The position numbers and the translations under genes are program-made. Under the pieces are notes generated by a model that searched no databases, was not told the DNA's origin, and saw only the letters and a list, made by a program, of their open reading frames with translations. Source: Albugo candida (Eukaryota). From it: a DNA stretch of 64,000 nt. Location of the stretch: contig JBDOQK010000012.1 in assembly GCA_040437565.1 (NCBI GenBank), positions 124,001 to 188,000 of the forward strand, read 5' to 3'. Position 1 is the first letter of the stretch, and the number at the start of each line of letters is the position of its first letter. Shown here piece by piece: positions 40,740 to 53,152 of this stretch.

Positions 40740-41074
40740 ATGTCATTCACGAGCCTCTCGGCAGGTGTTTTAGCAGGAGGCTTTACCTATGTAATCATAC
40801 AGCTACGTCTCTATGAGCGTGAATCCGTGATTCGGTTCAATGCTACTCAGATCGCTAATTCTGTGAGGGGTTGTACGAAAAAGGTATGTTTCACAATCTT
40901 ACAAATAATCGAATTTCTTTAACATTAGTAAACGCATAGTCTGACACGGCTGGCTATGACTCCGTTTTATCAAGACAGGAGCATGTATACTACGAAAAAA
41001 TACGCTCCATGTGGAATCGTCAAGTTGTGTCTTTTCGAGATGGTGTTTTAGATCTGTTCAAAGGCGATGATTGA
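40740..41074 (+). CDS. Small membrane protein, possibly MICOS Mic12/Aim5-like (2 exons)
   Basis: N-terminal Gly-rich hydrophobic AGVLAGGFTYVII; after intron YYEKIRSMWNRQV..DLFKGDD*; KxxWNxxV pattern. Confidence 0.5.
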
Positions 41075-41113
41075 TGGTACTGTAGCTCAAAGTCCGCGCG
41101 TTAACGTATGCGA

Positions 41114-43423
41114 TCATTGCACACACTCTTGTTGTCTCTTTAGATTGAGAGTCATCGATGTATAATCTGCTTTGCAAATCTTTTCCTGAGCCTTTCCTTT
41201 CAGTTTCGCAATACATGAATTCTTGCCTTGACTACTATCGACTTTGGATGGGATTTCACCCTGATGGCAGCTACTGCTGCCGCGGCGATTGCTCACAAGC
41301 GGTGAGCTTAGCACCACAAAATTTTTCTCCGCAAAAGTAATCGCCAGATGTTGAAGAACAGCACATTTTGAATCATCACGCAATTTTCTACGTCGAGGAA
41401 TTGGATCAAAAACGGATATAGCTCCGAGTAACAGCTCGTCCGACCCTTTTCTTTGGGAAGAGGTAAGAGGAACGCCTGCGTAAAATCGAACGGCTTGTGG
41501 ACCCTTGACAATTGGTAATTGCAAAAAATCGTAACAGGGAGACTGGCACGTATCTCGAACATCGTGACAAAATGTTTTGGACCTGTTTTCTAAAATCGGG
41601 AGGCAACAGCCCATCTTCTCAGAAGTCGGAATGAGGCGATTGTGCTTACGGACATACATATAGTGAGACAAACTCAAACTGATATGCCCGAGGCTTCCAT
41701 CAAACTGCACAATACTCACAGCTCCATATCTGCATTTTAATGCTTCCGTGGCGTGTTGGCAAAGAGCCTGCAGTGAAGTAAGAAATACCTCGGGGCTTGG
41801 AACCAGTCGAACGTGCTGGACGGATTCACCTAGCTGATTGTTCACTTTTAGTGTGCTTAATTCCGGATTTTGCGTAGAATGCGTATCTTTTGACGGTTGA
41901 GAAGACTTCGATTCGGCAAAATTATGAGTCAATTCAAATGAGCTTTTTGCCGAATTCACAAATCTTCCGGGACTTCGAGCTGTCTGAATGCGGAGACGTG
42001 CTTGTTGCTGTGATCCAAATACACCTTCAGAGACAGAGGCAAAGTCTGGTATTCCTGTTGCAGGCGTTGTAATCAAGTATTTTGATTCTTTCGGTTGATT
42101 TTTCTTTATTTGTTTGGACGATGCCGCAAACGTTTTCGATCTTTCAAACGATTTATTTTCGTAAACTCGGCGCGAAGTTGTAGACTCTGCTCGGCCGACC
42201 TCCATGCTGTTGCGATGCTTGATTTTATGTGGCGATGACTTCGCGTTGGACTGACCTTGTTTCGAGTAAAATGGTAATTTTCCTCCTCCCTTTCCACAGT
42301 GTTTGTGCTGGCAACACTTGCAAATGATCGCATTGGTGATTCCAGTAGCTGGAAGATCGACGATACCGCTCCTTGTGCACGTTCGGCAAAAGAATTCGGC
42401 GCAGATGAAGCATTGATGCTTTCGCTGGGCGAACTCTTCGAATAGGCAGAGACATGCTTGACACTGCAAGTACAAATCTGCACGTGACCAGATATGCTGT
42501 GCAGAATGGAGATTTGATTTTATCTGTTGATTCCACTTCCACGCGTTCACAGCATTCGAGAAGCGTCGAATACTCCAGGCCATTTTGCGCAGAATGAGTT
42601 CGGTAACGTTTTGTTGAGAAACATCTTTTTGCTCGCCGGCTGATGCATAAAATACAATATCGGTCATTTCTTGATGATTTGTTGGGTACAATAAGAATCC
42701 GGCAAGAGGAATGAATAGAGATTGTGAATTGGAGATTCCCTGCAAGTCTGTCGATGTGGAGGTCCATAATATCTGAAATGCTGCAGGAGCCTTTTCTTGA
42801 AAATCGTGATCGTTCCTTCGTTCTTCTTTCTGATTCATACTTCCAATAGGACCTAAAGCATCGGGTGCGAGTTTTTTTGTGTAGGTAAATAAAAACATCT
42901 CGAGAGCAGTGATTGTCGGCACAGGTGAGTTGAAAGCCATCCAGCACAGCCGGAGCAATGCACTACCGCTGATAAGTTGCTTTGATAAAAAATTATCACT
43001 CGTTTTGCCTTCTAGTCGTTCATAGTGAGAAAGAATGGTCGTTCTTGCAATTAATCGCTTGTACAAGATACGAAGATAAGACCGATAGCTGGTCAACACG
43101 CTGGAACTTAGAATTTCTTGTAAGACATCCAGAGAGCTATGTACTCTGGTAAAACTCCGGACTTGGTACGAAGAAGCTTGACCGTGCCCTGATGGCTTCG
43201 CTTCTCCACCTTTTTCCCATACTGTGAGTCCTTCAGTCTTTTTAACCTCTTTCCATCCACGATTACGCATCGAGGTGAGTGTGCACTGACGAATAAGATT
43301 CGGTAAATGTTCCTTTTCTGCCAGTTCACATTGTCGCTGTTGCTCTTCGTCTGAAATATCAAAGCTCTTTCCAAAAAATCTGGCAGATGGAATGTTATGT
43401 GATTCTGCAGAATTCCTGCGCAT
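41114..43423 (-). CDS. START-like + degenerate FYVE + GAF domain protein
   Basis: 769-aa ORF; GWKEVKKTEGLTVWEK (START-like), CQAC..RKHQCFICAEFFCRTC..CKCC, GAF IVKGPQAVRFYAGVPL..LGAISVFD. Confidence 0.75.
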   Translation of the reverse strand: MRRNSAESHNIPSARFFGKSFDISDEEQQRQCELAEKEHLPNLIRQCTLTSMRNRGWKEVKKTEGLTVWEKGGEAKPSGHGQASSYQVRSFTRVHSSLDVLQEILSSSVLTSYRSYLRILYKRLIARTTILSHYERLEGKTSDNFLSKQLISGSALLRLCWMAFNSPVPTITALEMFLFTYTKKLAPDALGPIGSMNQKEERRNDHDFQEKAPAAFQILWTSTSTDLQGISNSQSLFIPLAGFLLYPTNHQEMTDIVFYASAGEQKDVSQQNVTELILRKMAWSIRRFSNAVNAWKWNQQIKSNLHSAQHIWSRADLYLQCQACLCLFEEFAQRKHQCFICAEFFCRTCTRSGIVDLPATGITNAIICKCCQHKHCGKGGGKLPFYSKQGQSNAKSSPHKIKHRNSMEVGRAESTTSRRVYENKSFERSKTFAASSKQIKKNQPKESKYLITTPATGIPDFASVSEGVFGSQQQARLRIQTARSPGRFVNSAKSSFELTHNFAESKSSQPSKDTHSTQNPELSTLKVNNQLGESVQHVRLVPSPEVFLTSLQALCQHATEALKCRYGAVSIVQFDGSLGHISLSLSHYMYVRKHNRLIPTSEKMGCCLPILENRSKTFCHDVRDTCQSPCYDFLQLPIVKGPQAVRFYAGVPLTSSQRKGSDELLLGAISVFDPIPRRRKLRDDSKCAVLQHLAITFAEKNFVVLSSPLVSNRRGSSSCHQGEIPSKVDSSQGKNSCIAKLKGKAQEKICKADYTSMTLNLKRQQECVQ

Positions 43424-44209
43424 AATTCAAATCTCGTGTTATTGGCCTCGCAATCACAATCTTCTGTAAATCGGGCCGGGAACAAAACACACAATTGCTC
43501 TATATATAGCAGCATGTTGTCACTGCATATTATATCTATTGAGCAAAGTCGCCGAACGAGCGATTTATAAAGCACTGAGACGACACGATGTCGCCTTGCC
43601 TTGCGAAATCTCGATTGTCGTAAGCGCGGATTTTGCATCGAGCTAAAATCGCTTTTCTTATTGTATTGGATTTGATTCGAAAACTATTATTTTAGGTTGA
43701 AAAGCTCACTGCTTATAGATCCAACAACGTCGTGTCTTATAGTTTGCTGTGTATCAGATAAGCAATCATGACACATTGATGTCATCTGCTTGTATGCATA
43801 TTATGCGATTCATTCCACTGCACTGACTTTTGCATCGACATTAATTGATACGGTACTTGCGGTAGTTTGGTATCAAACTGTTGCATCCGCAACAACAATT
43901 ATGTCCGACGCTGTGCATCACGATGAAACCATGCTATTCGAGAGCATAAACCAGGTGCAGAACGTGGAATTGAAGGTATGGNNNNNNNNNNNNNNNNNNN
44001 NNNNNNNNNNNNNNNNNNNNNNNNNNNNNNNNNNNNNNNNNNNNNNNNNNNNNNNNNNNNNNNNNNNNNNNNNNNNNNNNNACATTGATGTCATCTGCTT
44101 GTATGCATATTATGCGATTCATTCCACTGCACTGACTTTTGCATCGACATTAATTGATACGGTACTTGCGGTAGTTTGGTATCAAACTGTTGCATCCGCA
44201 ACAACAATT

Positions 44210-45493
44210 ATGTCCGACGCTGTGCATCACGATGAAACCATGCTATTCGAGAGCATAAACCAGGTGCAGAACGTGGAATTGAAGGTATGGACATCATATA
44301 TATGCACAAATGTCAAATATATGACTCGCGTTTTCTTTACAGAAACATATGCTGTCGGCATTGAGTTCTTTCCAAACTGCAGAAACGCAGTCTTCAAGCA
44401 GTAGAGATACAATGCGAACAGATGGAGCGAAAGATCACATTTTACAATTTCTCTCCGACAATCCTGCAGAAATAAAGTGTCCAAAGGACGCGCTAGTTGT
44501 TGCAATTCACTTGCTGATTGTGGAAGGAGGTGACATTTTTGTCAATCCTCCAACTGGGCCGTGCCGTCTCATGCAATGTTTTCTGATAGGATTCCAGCCT
44601 AAGTTTGCGTCGGACAGCTCTAAGCTACCTGAAGGCTGGAACACCCACAGCGCCAGTAACTTGTTCCAGCTGAGTTATCGACGAAGGGATAATGAAGACT
44701 CGTGCTATACCCTCAAGGTTTGTTGTATTGATTCATAGATGACACCTCAACGTCGTTTTTGCCTGATTTGAAATAGATAATCTCTATTGGGGATAAATTC
44801 GAGCTTTATTTTTCCGATTCGACTGAACGCGTGCATTCGCTTGAAGTCAGGTCAGATAAATCCGAAGCTTTGATTTCGCAGAATGTCCTAACGGCGCTAT
44901 GTAGCATGAGCGACTACATTGATGAAACTTCACCCAAAGCACCGTTGCATTCCATTGGAACGTTACGCGCAAGAATAAAAGGGTTTCTCGAAAATATTGA
45001 AGCATCAAACCAACAGCCTAAAATTTCCGAAGGTTTTCATCCGACACAACGAACTGAACGGGATGAGTATGAGTTTGAAAACAGGGGCACACGATATCCA
45101 TCGGTACGGATACAACCATTTACAGTGTGCGATTGATACGACTTCATCGCATCCTAGGTCGGTTCAGGGGATGTGTTCATGCCGTCACGAAGTGGAGGTG
45201 ATCCTGGAATGCTAGTGGGACCAAATCATGAAATTTTCCGCCGCCGTCAAGATCCTGCACGTGGAATCGTACCAGGGGCGAGGTTTGATCCATTTGGCCC
45301 GGTCATGGGTCCCAACATACCATCACGCGACGGTAACATGCCATTTCCAGCTGCACCGCGTCTTCCATTTGGGGATCCTAATCCGGATCATCTGCGAATG
45401 CCTCGCGACGATGACAATGATGATTTTGGCTTCTCCAGTCAGCCAAGGCGAGATTTTAGCCGCTCATCCGGCTCCAGTTTTCCTTATTTTTAG
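44210..45493 (+). CDS. PSMF1: Proteasome inhibitor PI31, multi-exon
   Basis: DALVVAIHLL..GF, LPEGWN..LFQLSY, GMLVGPNHEIF, PGARFDPFGP, GDPNPDHL, terminal PYF; first exon duplicated across gap 43982-44081. Confidence 0.87.
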
Positions 45494-45683
45494 TTCAGGT
45501 CAATAATCATTTTGTGGTCTAATTCCTTTGTAAGTCCCATCTCATTAAATGTTGTTCGAAGGTGATCTGAATTGCATATTTCGNNNNNNNNNNNNNNNNN
45601 NNNNNNNNNNNNNNNNNNNNNNNNNNNNNNNNNNNNNNNNNNNNNNNNNNNNNNNNNNNNNNNNNNNNNNNNNNNNNNNNNNN

Positions 45684-46405
45684 GGTGAAAAAACTGGATG
45701 TTCCATCATGCCGCATGAAATGATCAGGGAACAGTCGAAGCCAGGTGTCGTCCCCATAAAACACGATCTTTTTTCCAGCTGGGATCAACAAAGCACTTAT
45801 ATATTAGCATTTTCTCAACAAAAGTCACAACAGTACCTTTGTAGAGCTTCTCAATCAAATTACTTTCATGTAATGCAACAGAATTGAAATTCTTTAGTAT
45901 GTCGATAAATGCAGGAGATCTTCCTGTCATCAAAGCCTTCAATCTCGGCATTGTTACTTCACAACAATATCTCAAATTTGTGTGTTTGCATTGCCAATGA
46001 ATAAAACAAACCTGTGGGAATGCCTGCTTCAGCCACGTACGCAAGTGCGCGATTTTCAAGTATTAGACCGTGCGTATACTCCATATAGCGTTCAAGATTG
46101 CCAAGGGTTGTATTACTTTGTTTCAGCTGATGACCTTCGTACATTTTGTCTTTACCAAGAACCATATCGGCGCGAAGTGCATCCACGAGCACGAAAACCA
46201 ATCGATCATATGGGGTGTCACGATCTCCATTATGTATGGTAGTGAGTTCATGCGATATGGACTCTGTTTGCAAAGGCGCTTGTCGATGCGACTCGGAACT
46301 AAAAACCTCGTCCAAGTGAATGAGGCCAGATGCACACAAATATACGGCAATCAAAGCAATTATGCACAAGCTTTGCATGAGATAACGGTCAACCATATTC
46401 GCCAT
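45684..46405 (-). other. Inverted partial copy of the PIG-G 5' end, truncated at N-gap
   Basis: Reverse complement of 47082-47803, including introns. Confidence 0.85.
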
Positions 46406-47803
46406 CTACGAACTTAGTACAATTTCTATGTGGTGCGCATGGAATTATTTTTGCGAAGCAAGCTGTAAAATCCTGGGCATTATTGCGTGCTTAGATGCGT
46501 GGATGCGTGTCCCCGCATTAGAATGAGCGGAACAAATAGAGCGAGTCTTTCGCATCCGTTTTTTACGATGAGAGGATCTGGTAGTCGATCGATGGTGCAC
46601 AAGTTCGGTATACTTGACAGTCAGAGTCAGCATCGAGAGCATGGTAGTGGGAAGCACCACAAATTCCAAGCGGTCAGCAGATTTCGAAATTAGAACTTGT
46701 TTCATCGAAAGCGTAGAATGCGATTTGGAGCGGTAAACTCACGGGGAGGTTTACCGCTCCAAATCGCATTCTACGCTTTCGATGAAACAAGTTCTAATTT
46801 CGAAATCTGCTGACCGCTTGGAATTTGTGGTGCTTCCCACTACCATGCTCTCGATGCTGACTCTGACTGTCAAGTATACCGAACTTGTGCACCATCGATC
46901 GACTACCAGATCCTCTCATCGTAAAAAACGGATGCGAAAGACTCGCTCTATTTGTTCCGCTCATTCTAATGCGGGGACACGCATCCACGCATCTAAGCAC
47001 GCAATAATGCCCAGGATTTTACAGCTTGCTTCGCAAAAATAATTCCATGCGCACCACATAGAAATTGTACTAAGTTCGTAGATGGCGAATATGGTTGACC
47101 GTTATCTCATGCAAAGCTTGTGCATAATTGCTTTGATTGCCGTATATTTGTGTGCATCTGGCCTCATTCACTTGGACGAGGTTTTTAGTTCCGAGTCGCA
47201 TCGACAAGCGCCTTTGCAAACAGAGTCCATATCGCATGAACTCACTACCATACATAATGGAGATCGTGACACCCCATATGATCGATTGGTTTTCGTGCTC
47301 GTGGATGCACTTCGCGCCGATATGGTTCTTGGTAAAGACAAAATGTACGAAGGTCATCAGCTGAAACAAAGTAATACAACCCTTGGCAATCTTGAACGCT
47401 ATATGGAGTATACGCACGGTCTAATACTTGAAAATCGCGCACTTGCGTACGTGGCTGAAGCAGGCATTCCCACAGGTTTGTTTTATTCATTGGCAATGCA
47501 AACACACAAATTTGAGATATTGTTGTGAAGTAACAATGCCGAGATTGAAGGCTTTGATGACAGGAAGATCTCCTGCATTTATCGACATACTAAAGAATTT
47601 CAATTCTGTTGCATTACATGAAAGTAATTTGATTGAGAAGCTCTACAAAGGTACTGTTGTGACTTTTGTTGAGAAAATGCTAATATATAAGTGCTTTGTT
47701 GATCCCAGCTGGAAAAAAGATCGTGTTTTATGGGGATGACACCTGGCTTCGACTGTTCCCTGATCATTTCATGCGGCATGATGGAACATCCAGTTTTTTC
47801 ACC
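45684..47803. repeat. Near-perfect inverted repeat, ~1055 bp arms, 10-nt spacer (46739-46748)
   Basis: Mirror ORFs (45959-46405- vs 47082-47528+; 46445-46705- vs 46782-47042+); centre gagcggtaaac-tcacggggag-gtttaccgctc; one mismatch seen (45750/47737). Confidence 0.97.
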
Positions 47804-50211
47804 CGAGATACAGTCGAAGTTGACTGGAACGTGACAAGACATCTGAAAGACGAGCTGGATCCAGCATTCAATGACCCAAAAAGTAAGGATTGGGATGTGT
47901 TGATCTTGCATTATCTTGGCGTCGACCACGTTGGCCATTTACGAGGACCACGTTCAAAGATGATGGAAGAGAAGCTCAAGGAAACGGATTCCGTCATTCG
48001 CACATTACATGAGAACATTCAGCTACAGGACAAACAAAGAAAATCTAGAGATCCCGAAGCAAAATCCACTCTCGTGGTACTATGCAGCGATCACGGCATG
48101 TCCGAAGTAGGAAATCATGGTGGTGCTAGTGTTGAGGAATCTTCTGCCTTAATGCTTTTTTTATACGCAGAAGATGACATTATTCGTGATCGAGATTCTG
48201 CAAGAATAATTTCGAGAAAACTGCAGATTGATCTTGCCCCAACTCTTTCAGTACTTCTCAATGTCGATATTCCTGAGTTGAGCAGTGGTCTTTTGATAAA
48301 AGACGTGATAGAGCATGCTAGCAACATGAAAAATGACTTCGGTGATGACCAGCAAAATAGTGGCACCAAGTATCAACTGATTACATGGTTCAAGAATTAC
48401 CAACAGCTATATAATGTGGCGGTGGAACTTTATCCCGATGATGAGAAGACATTGAAAAATCGGCGCAAGGCTCTACTGGAAAGCGTAAAAGGAGCGCTGC
48501 GATCTAATCAAAAGAGTACATTAGTCAAAGAATTAGCAGACGTCCAAACAAAGACTGAAAAATTACAACGTATGATTTTGAAAACGAAAAGCACAAGTGC
48601 GACTTATAATGCAGTGAGCATATACAGTGGAATTGCCTTGCTATTATCGTGCACTTTTATTGGAATGGAACGACGAATACGAGGTCGGTCTTTCAAGTAT
48701 ATCAAAAGTGCTCATTTCACTGCAGGTTGTTGCCTCGTGCAGCTGATGAGTCTTGCATCGAGTTCGTTGATTGAAAACGAACATGCGACCTCGTTCTGCA
48801 TGGCCTCTACACTTTTGCTCTTCCAACTCATCCAACAATGTAAGATGGACGGAATCAACAAAACCACATGCAAGTCTCACTTTCTTCCGCTCGTGGTAAC
48901 AATGATTTTCATACGAATTCTACGGATGCGTAACCAAGTCGCTAATTATGGTAGACTGAATGGCCTGATGGTCGGTATTGGTGTCGCAGGCAACGAGTTT
49001 GCGGAAAATGATTCCCTATCGATATTGTCCACAGCGCCAATCATGACTATAAAACCGCTATGGCTGTACTATGTTGCGATTTGGACGTTTTTGACGTTAA
49101 GGGTGCAGAGAGCTGGATGGAGATGCACACCACTCGCACTAAATGAACAAAGAAGTGATCAAACGAGAAAATCATACTGGCTTATGCAGTTGACATCCTT
49201 CACTCTGGCTCAAGTATGCTCATTTTGTACCCATTGGCACTTGGAAAATTCTTTGACTGGCGACGCACTGTGGTGGAGAGATCCTGATATGTACGCAAGA
49301 CTTGTGTATTATGCAACAATACTTAGTCTCATCACATGGATGCTTCAAAAGCTTTGGCTTCGCTACAAGAGTCAGAAGACGATCGGAGCCCTAAGTCAAG
49401 ACTTCTTCACGGTCGAATTAGCTGTGTGGCCGGTTGTTCAGCTTGTCCTACGATCAGCACATCTTCCAACATTAGCGGTACTTTGCATCCTACTGTGGCT
49501 GGTCCCCGAGATATTACATATCATTCAACAATATCAGACAAATTCTCTTGATGTGGAATCTTTCCTGGCTATTTTTACCATCTTGATTGCTCAGGTAGCA
49601 TTTTACGCATTGGGCAATTCTCATCTCGTGAGTACGGTTGACATTAGTCAAGCATACCATGGATTATCTGCCTACTCACAGGTACGAAAGACAATCTTCA
49701 ATAAGCAAAGATACTGAAATATTGCAACTGCAGGTTCTGGTTGGCGGTATAAGTTTCATCAATGTATTCTGCGGCCCTATTTTGTGCTTTCTGAATTTCG
49801 CACAGTGGTTGCTACACGTTTTTATCGAAAAAAGAAAGGCACCGCAATTGATTTCTTGCCATCGCACTATCATGATCATATTTGGCTATCAGACATTACG
49901 ATTTGGATTGTACAGGTTTGTTAATCAATGCAACTACTTTGGGCTGAGCAGGCCTTTTCCAATAGCGCCATTGTGTACTGGATGCGGTTCCATCTCTTTA
50001 TCTGGAGTGTTTTTGCACCTAAAGTAAGCCTTTATTCACATGGAATCGCTTGTGTGGCCACTGACTATTTATTTATTGCGCATAGCTACTGTATGAGATT
50101 GCATACTCGAGCTTCATTTATCTTTTTCTATTTGTGCTAGCTTGCGTGCTCAGAGCGGTTGGTATTGAGGAGACGAATATGGAATTGCAGGATTCAGAGC
50201 ACGTTAAATAA
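47082..50211 (+). CDS. PIGG: GPI ethanolamine phosphate transferase 2 (PIG-G/Gpi7), multi-exon
   Basis: LVFVLVDALRAD, PT/VTMPRLKALMTG, FYGDDTWLRLFP, EVDWNVTRHL, LILHYLGVDHVGH, SDHGM, SSLIENEH, HLFIWSVFAPK; multiple TM segments. Confidence 0.92.
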
Positions 50212-50356
50212 CAAATTGATGGTATCAGAACCCAATGCCTCGTCTTTTTATTCGTTCCACTTCTCTTTATTCACAATTTATCCCGACATGCGGACGATAT
50301 GCATGATAAAAAGCAGCTAGAAATTGTAAAGCGTTGCAAGCTACTTTGCAACATTC

Positions 50357-50898
50357 TTATGTGCTACCGACATCTTCCTTCTTCGAAATGATTTGTTCGA
50401 CTCCACAAGCTTTCAGAACAGTGACGACCAGTTGCTTTCCAGCCTCAAAATCCGCACGAATTTCTTGCTCTAGCGTTTCAGGATATTCAGGTAGTTTGAT
50501 ATCTTCTCGGGTATCTCCGCTGTCTTCCATGATACTCACAAAGCCATCCTCCGAAATGTCCAGAAGCGTATACTCTTTACGCGAGACAAATGGAACTTCA
50601 GTGGTGTGGGTTGATGGTACGATATCTTCTAACTTTTTATTCGTGAAGATGTTCAACGCCGTAAAGTTGCATTTTGCATGCCCATGTTTGCCGGTTTTCG
50701 AAGTTGAAACGTTGACAACCTATTTTTGTGAATGAAAACATCAACACTAATGTTCTCTGCGAAATCAAGTGTACGTACTTTGCAAGGTTGGCCCTTGATC
50801 ATGATAAAACCTCCCTTTCTGATCTGCCCTGCTTCAGAAGGGTACGTGTCGGACGCACCAGCATCGGTAGAAGCAAAAGAGTAATCGTCAGTCGACAT
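50357..50898 (-). CDS. EIF5A: Translation factor eIF5A (2 exons)
   Basis: DAGASDTYP, IRKGGFIMIKGQPCK/VVNVSTSKTGKHGHAK hypusine motif, IFTNKKLEDIVPSTH. Confidence 0.97.
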
Positions 50899-51006
50899 TG
50901 TGGTCTCTGAGTTGATGTTCGTCAAAAGAACTGGTGGCGGGCCAGAAATAACGATTAGCCTAGGATAAGCACGATTAACTCTATTTTAGGATTGGTCCTA
51001 GGAACA

Positions 51007-51565
51007 ATGGAGCCGCATATGAAAACTGGCGGAGTCGCCAAATCTATCCGTCATCATGAGGATATTGCAGCAGCCACAATAACTCCTGAAGAAAATATAT
51101 ATGAAGAATATAAGAACTTGAAACTGCGTCGACGTTACCGCTTTATTATAATGAAAATTATCGAAGCCAAAGTCGTAATTGATTCGTCAGCACCGCCTAC
51201 AAGTTCATTTGATAGTTTTATCGCCGCATTGCCCGATGCAGAGTGCCGATATGCAGTGTATGATCACGAATTCACAACCACTGATGGTCGAAAAAGCAGT
51301 CGTTTATATTTTGTTACTTGGTAGACTTGTTCATGCAAAACTCTATTAAATTTTCAAGTCTAAAAGAAGCGTTTGCATTTGTAGGATTCCCCAAAGCTCT
51401 GCACCAGGATACAAGATGGCATACACACATGCGAAGAACACCATTCGTACGCAGCTGGAGGGTATCTACGATCTGAATGCAGTGACGAAACAAGAAATAA
51501 TTGAGGTTCTCGGAGCAGCAACCCCAAAAGATTCGGATTCAGGTAGCGACTTTGAAGATGATTAA
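51007..51565 (+). CDS. ADF/cofilin-family actin-depolymerising factor (2 exons)
   Basis: LKLRRRYRFIIMKI, LPDAECRYAVYDHEF, LYFVTW/IPQSSAPGYKMAY. Confidence 0.9.
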
Positions 51566-52979
51566 GCAGAGTCCGTGGCGTGTAGTGATTGCTTTGCATA
51601 AACAATCGATTATTTGTACTGACTTTTACTCATTCCTTCGTTCATCACTGAAGGCTTGCCTCAAAGCATGAGTCCGAACAAGAAGTAAAGACTTCAGACA
51701 GACTACCTGCATTAAACAAGCAATTATATATTCACATTTAGGAAAAATACTTGCCTTTCTTATAGCAACTCATACACAATCGATGCCTCAATTTCTTCTC
51801 ATTGCATATGTGGCATGTCTGGAAATGTACGATATTGACCAGTCGTTTGCTAGGATGATTGTTGCGAATTCGCTTTCGTGAGCGAGTAACCTGATAGATA
51901 AACACGTCAATGTAGTCATGAACAGAGGTCAAACGAAAAACACGTCATTGTAGTCATGAATAGAGGTCAAACAAAGAACACTACCTTTGACTTTGGTGCT
52001 GCCAGCCACAACGCATCCAGTAGAGGATTCGTGCTGACAGAGGCCTGATCGCTTGTGTTTAATGATGGAATAAGCTTCGGGCAGTAGCCCAACGCGGTAA
52101 TTGACTCGTATAAGCGATTCTGGAGCNNNNNNNNNNNNNNNNNNNNNNNNNNNNNNNNNNNNNNNNNNNNNNNNNNNNNNNNNNNNNNNNNNNNNNNNNN
52201 NNNNNNNNNNNNNNNNNNNNNNNNNNTGCATTTGTAGGATTCCCCAAAGCTCTGCACCAGGATACAAGATGGCATACACACATGCGAAGAACACCATTCG
52301 TACGCAGCTGGAGGGTATCTACGATCTGAATGCAGTGACGAAACAAGAAATAATTGAGGTTCTCGGAGCAGCAACCCCAAAAGATTCGGATTCAGGTAGC
52401 GACTTTGAAGATGATTAAGCAGAGTCCGTGGCGTGTAGTGATTGCTTTGCATAAACAATCGATTATTTGTACTGACTTTTACTCATTCCTTCGTTCATCA
52501 CTGAAGGCTTGCCTCAAAGCATGAGTCCGAACAAGAAGTAAAGACTTCAGACAGACTACCTGCATTAAACAAGCAATTATATATTCACATTTAGGAAAAA
52601 TACTTGCCTTTCTTATAGCAACTCATACACAATCGATGCCTCAATTTCTTCTCATTGCATATGTGGCATGTCTGGAAATGTACGATATTGACCAGTCGTT
52701 TGCTAGGATGATTGTTGCGAATTCGCTTTCGTGAGCGAGTAACCTGATAGATAAACACGTCAATGTAGTCATGAACAGAGGTCAAACGAAAAACACGTCA
52801 TTGTAGTCATGAATAGAGGTCAAACAAAGAACACTACCTTTGACTTTGGTGCTGCCAGCCACAACGCATCCAGTAGAGGATTCGTGCTGACAGAGGCCTG
52901 ATCGCTTGTGTTTAATGATGGAATAAGCTTCGGGCAGTAGCCCAACGCGGTAATTGACTCGTATAAGCGATTCTGGAGC
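51374..52979. repeat. ~753 bp direct duplication flanking gap 52127-52226 (probable assembly overlap)
   Basis: Identical ORFs offset by 853 (51738-51932 vs 52591-52785). Confidence 0.88.
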
Positions 52980-53011
52980 TGCAAAGCTGCTCTTTTCACC
53001 CAGAGTGCCAT
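52591..53011 (-). CDS. MRPL32: Mitochondrial ribosomal protein bL32m (2 exons)
   Basis: Presequence-like N-terminus, WLAAPKSK/VTRSRKRIR, CHIC..KLRHRLCMSC zinc ribbon. Confidence 0.85.
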
Positions 53012-53152
53012 TCAAAAATTATCAGAGCCTCTCAATTCGTGAATTGTACTGTACAAGTAATGAATTGTGATAAGCTCGATATCTTTTTAGCAATCTTAAA
53101 TCGTAAAGTAAACCAACTCTCTCTCAATAAATCGTGAGCTATTTTAGTAAGC

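Noticed and set aside
42225-42947. 240-aa overlapping ORF and other antisense/alternate-frame ORFs
   Set aside because: Shadow frames within longer genes with recognisable motifs; no independent evidence.
46445-47042. Mirror 86-aa and 68-aa ORFs at the palindrome centre
   Set aside because: No recognisable family; occupy the PIG-G upstream region and are doubled only by the inversion.
45684-47803. Transposon terminal inverted repeats / MITE
   Set aside because: Arms consist of host PIG-G sequence; no transposase or target-site duplication visible.
51738-52418. Second bL32m and second cofilin 3' exon
   Set aside because: Overlap duplication around gap 52127-52226.
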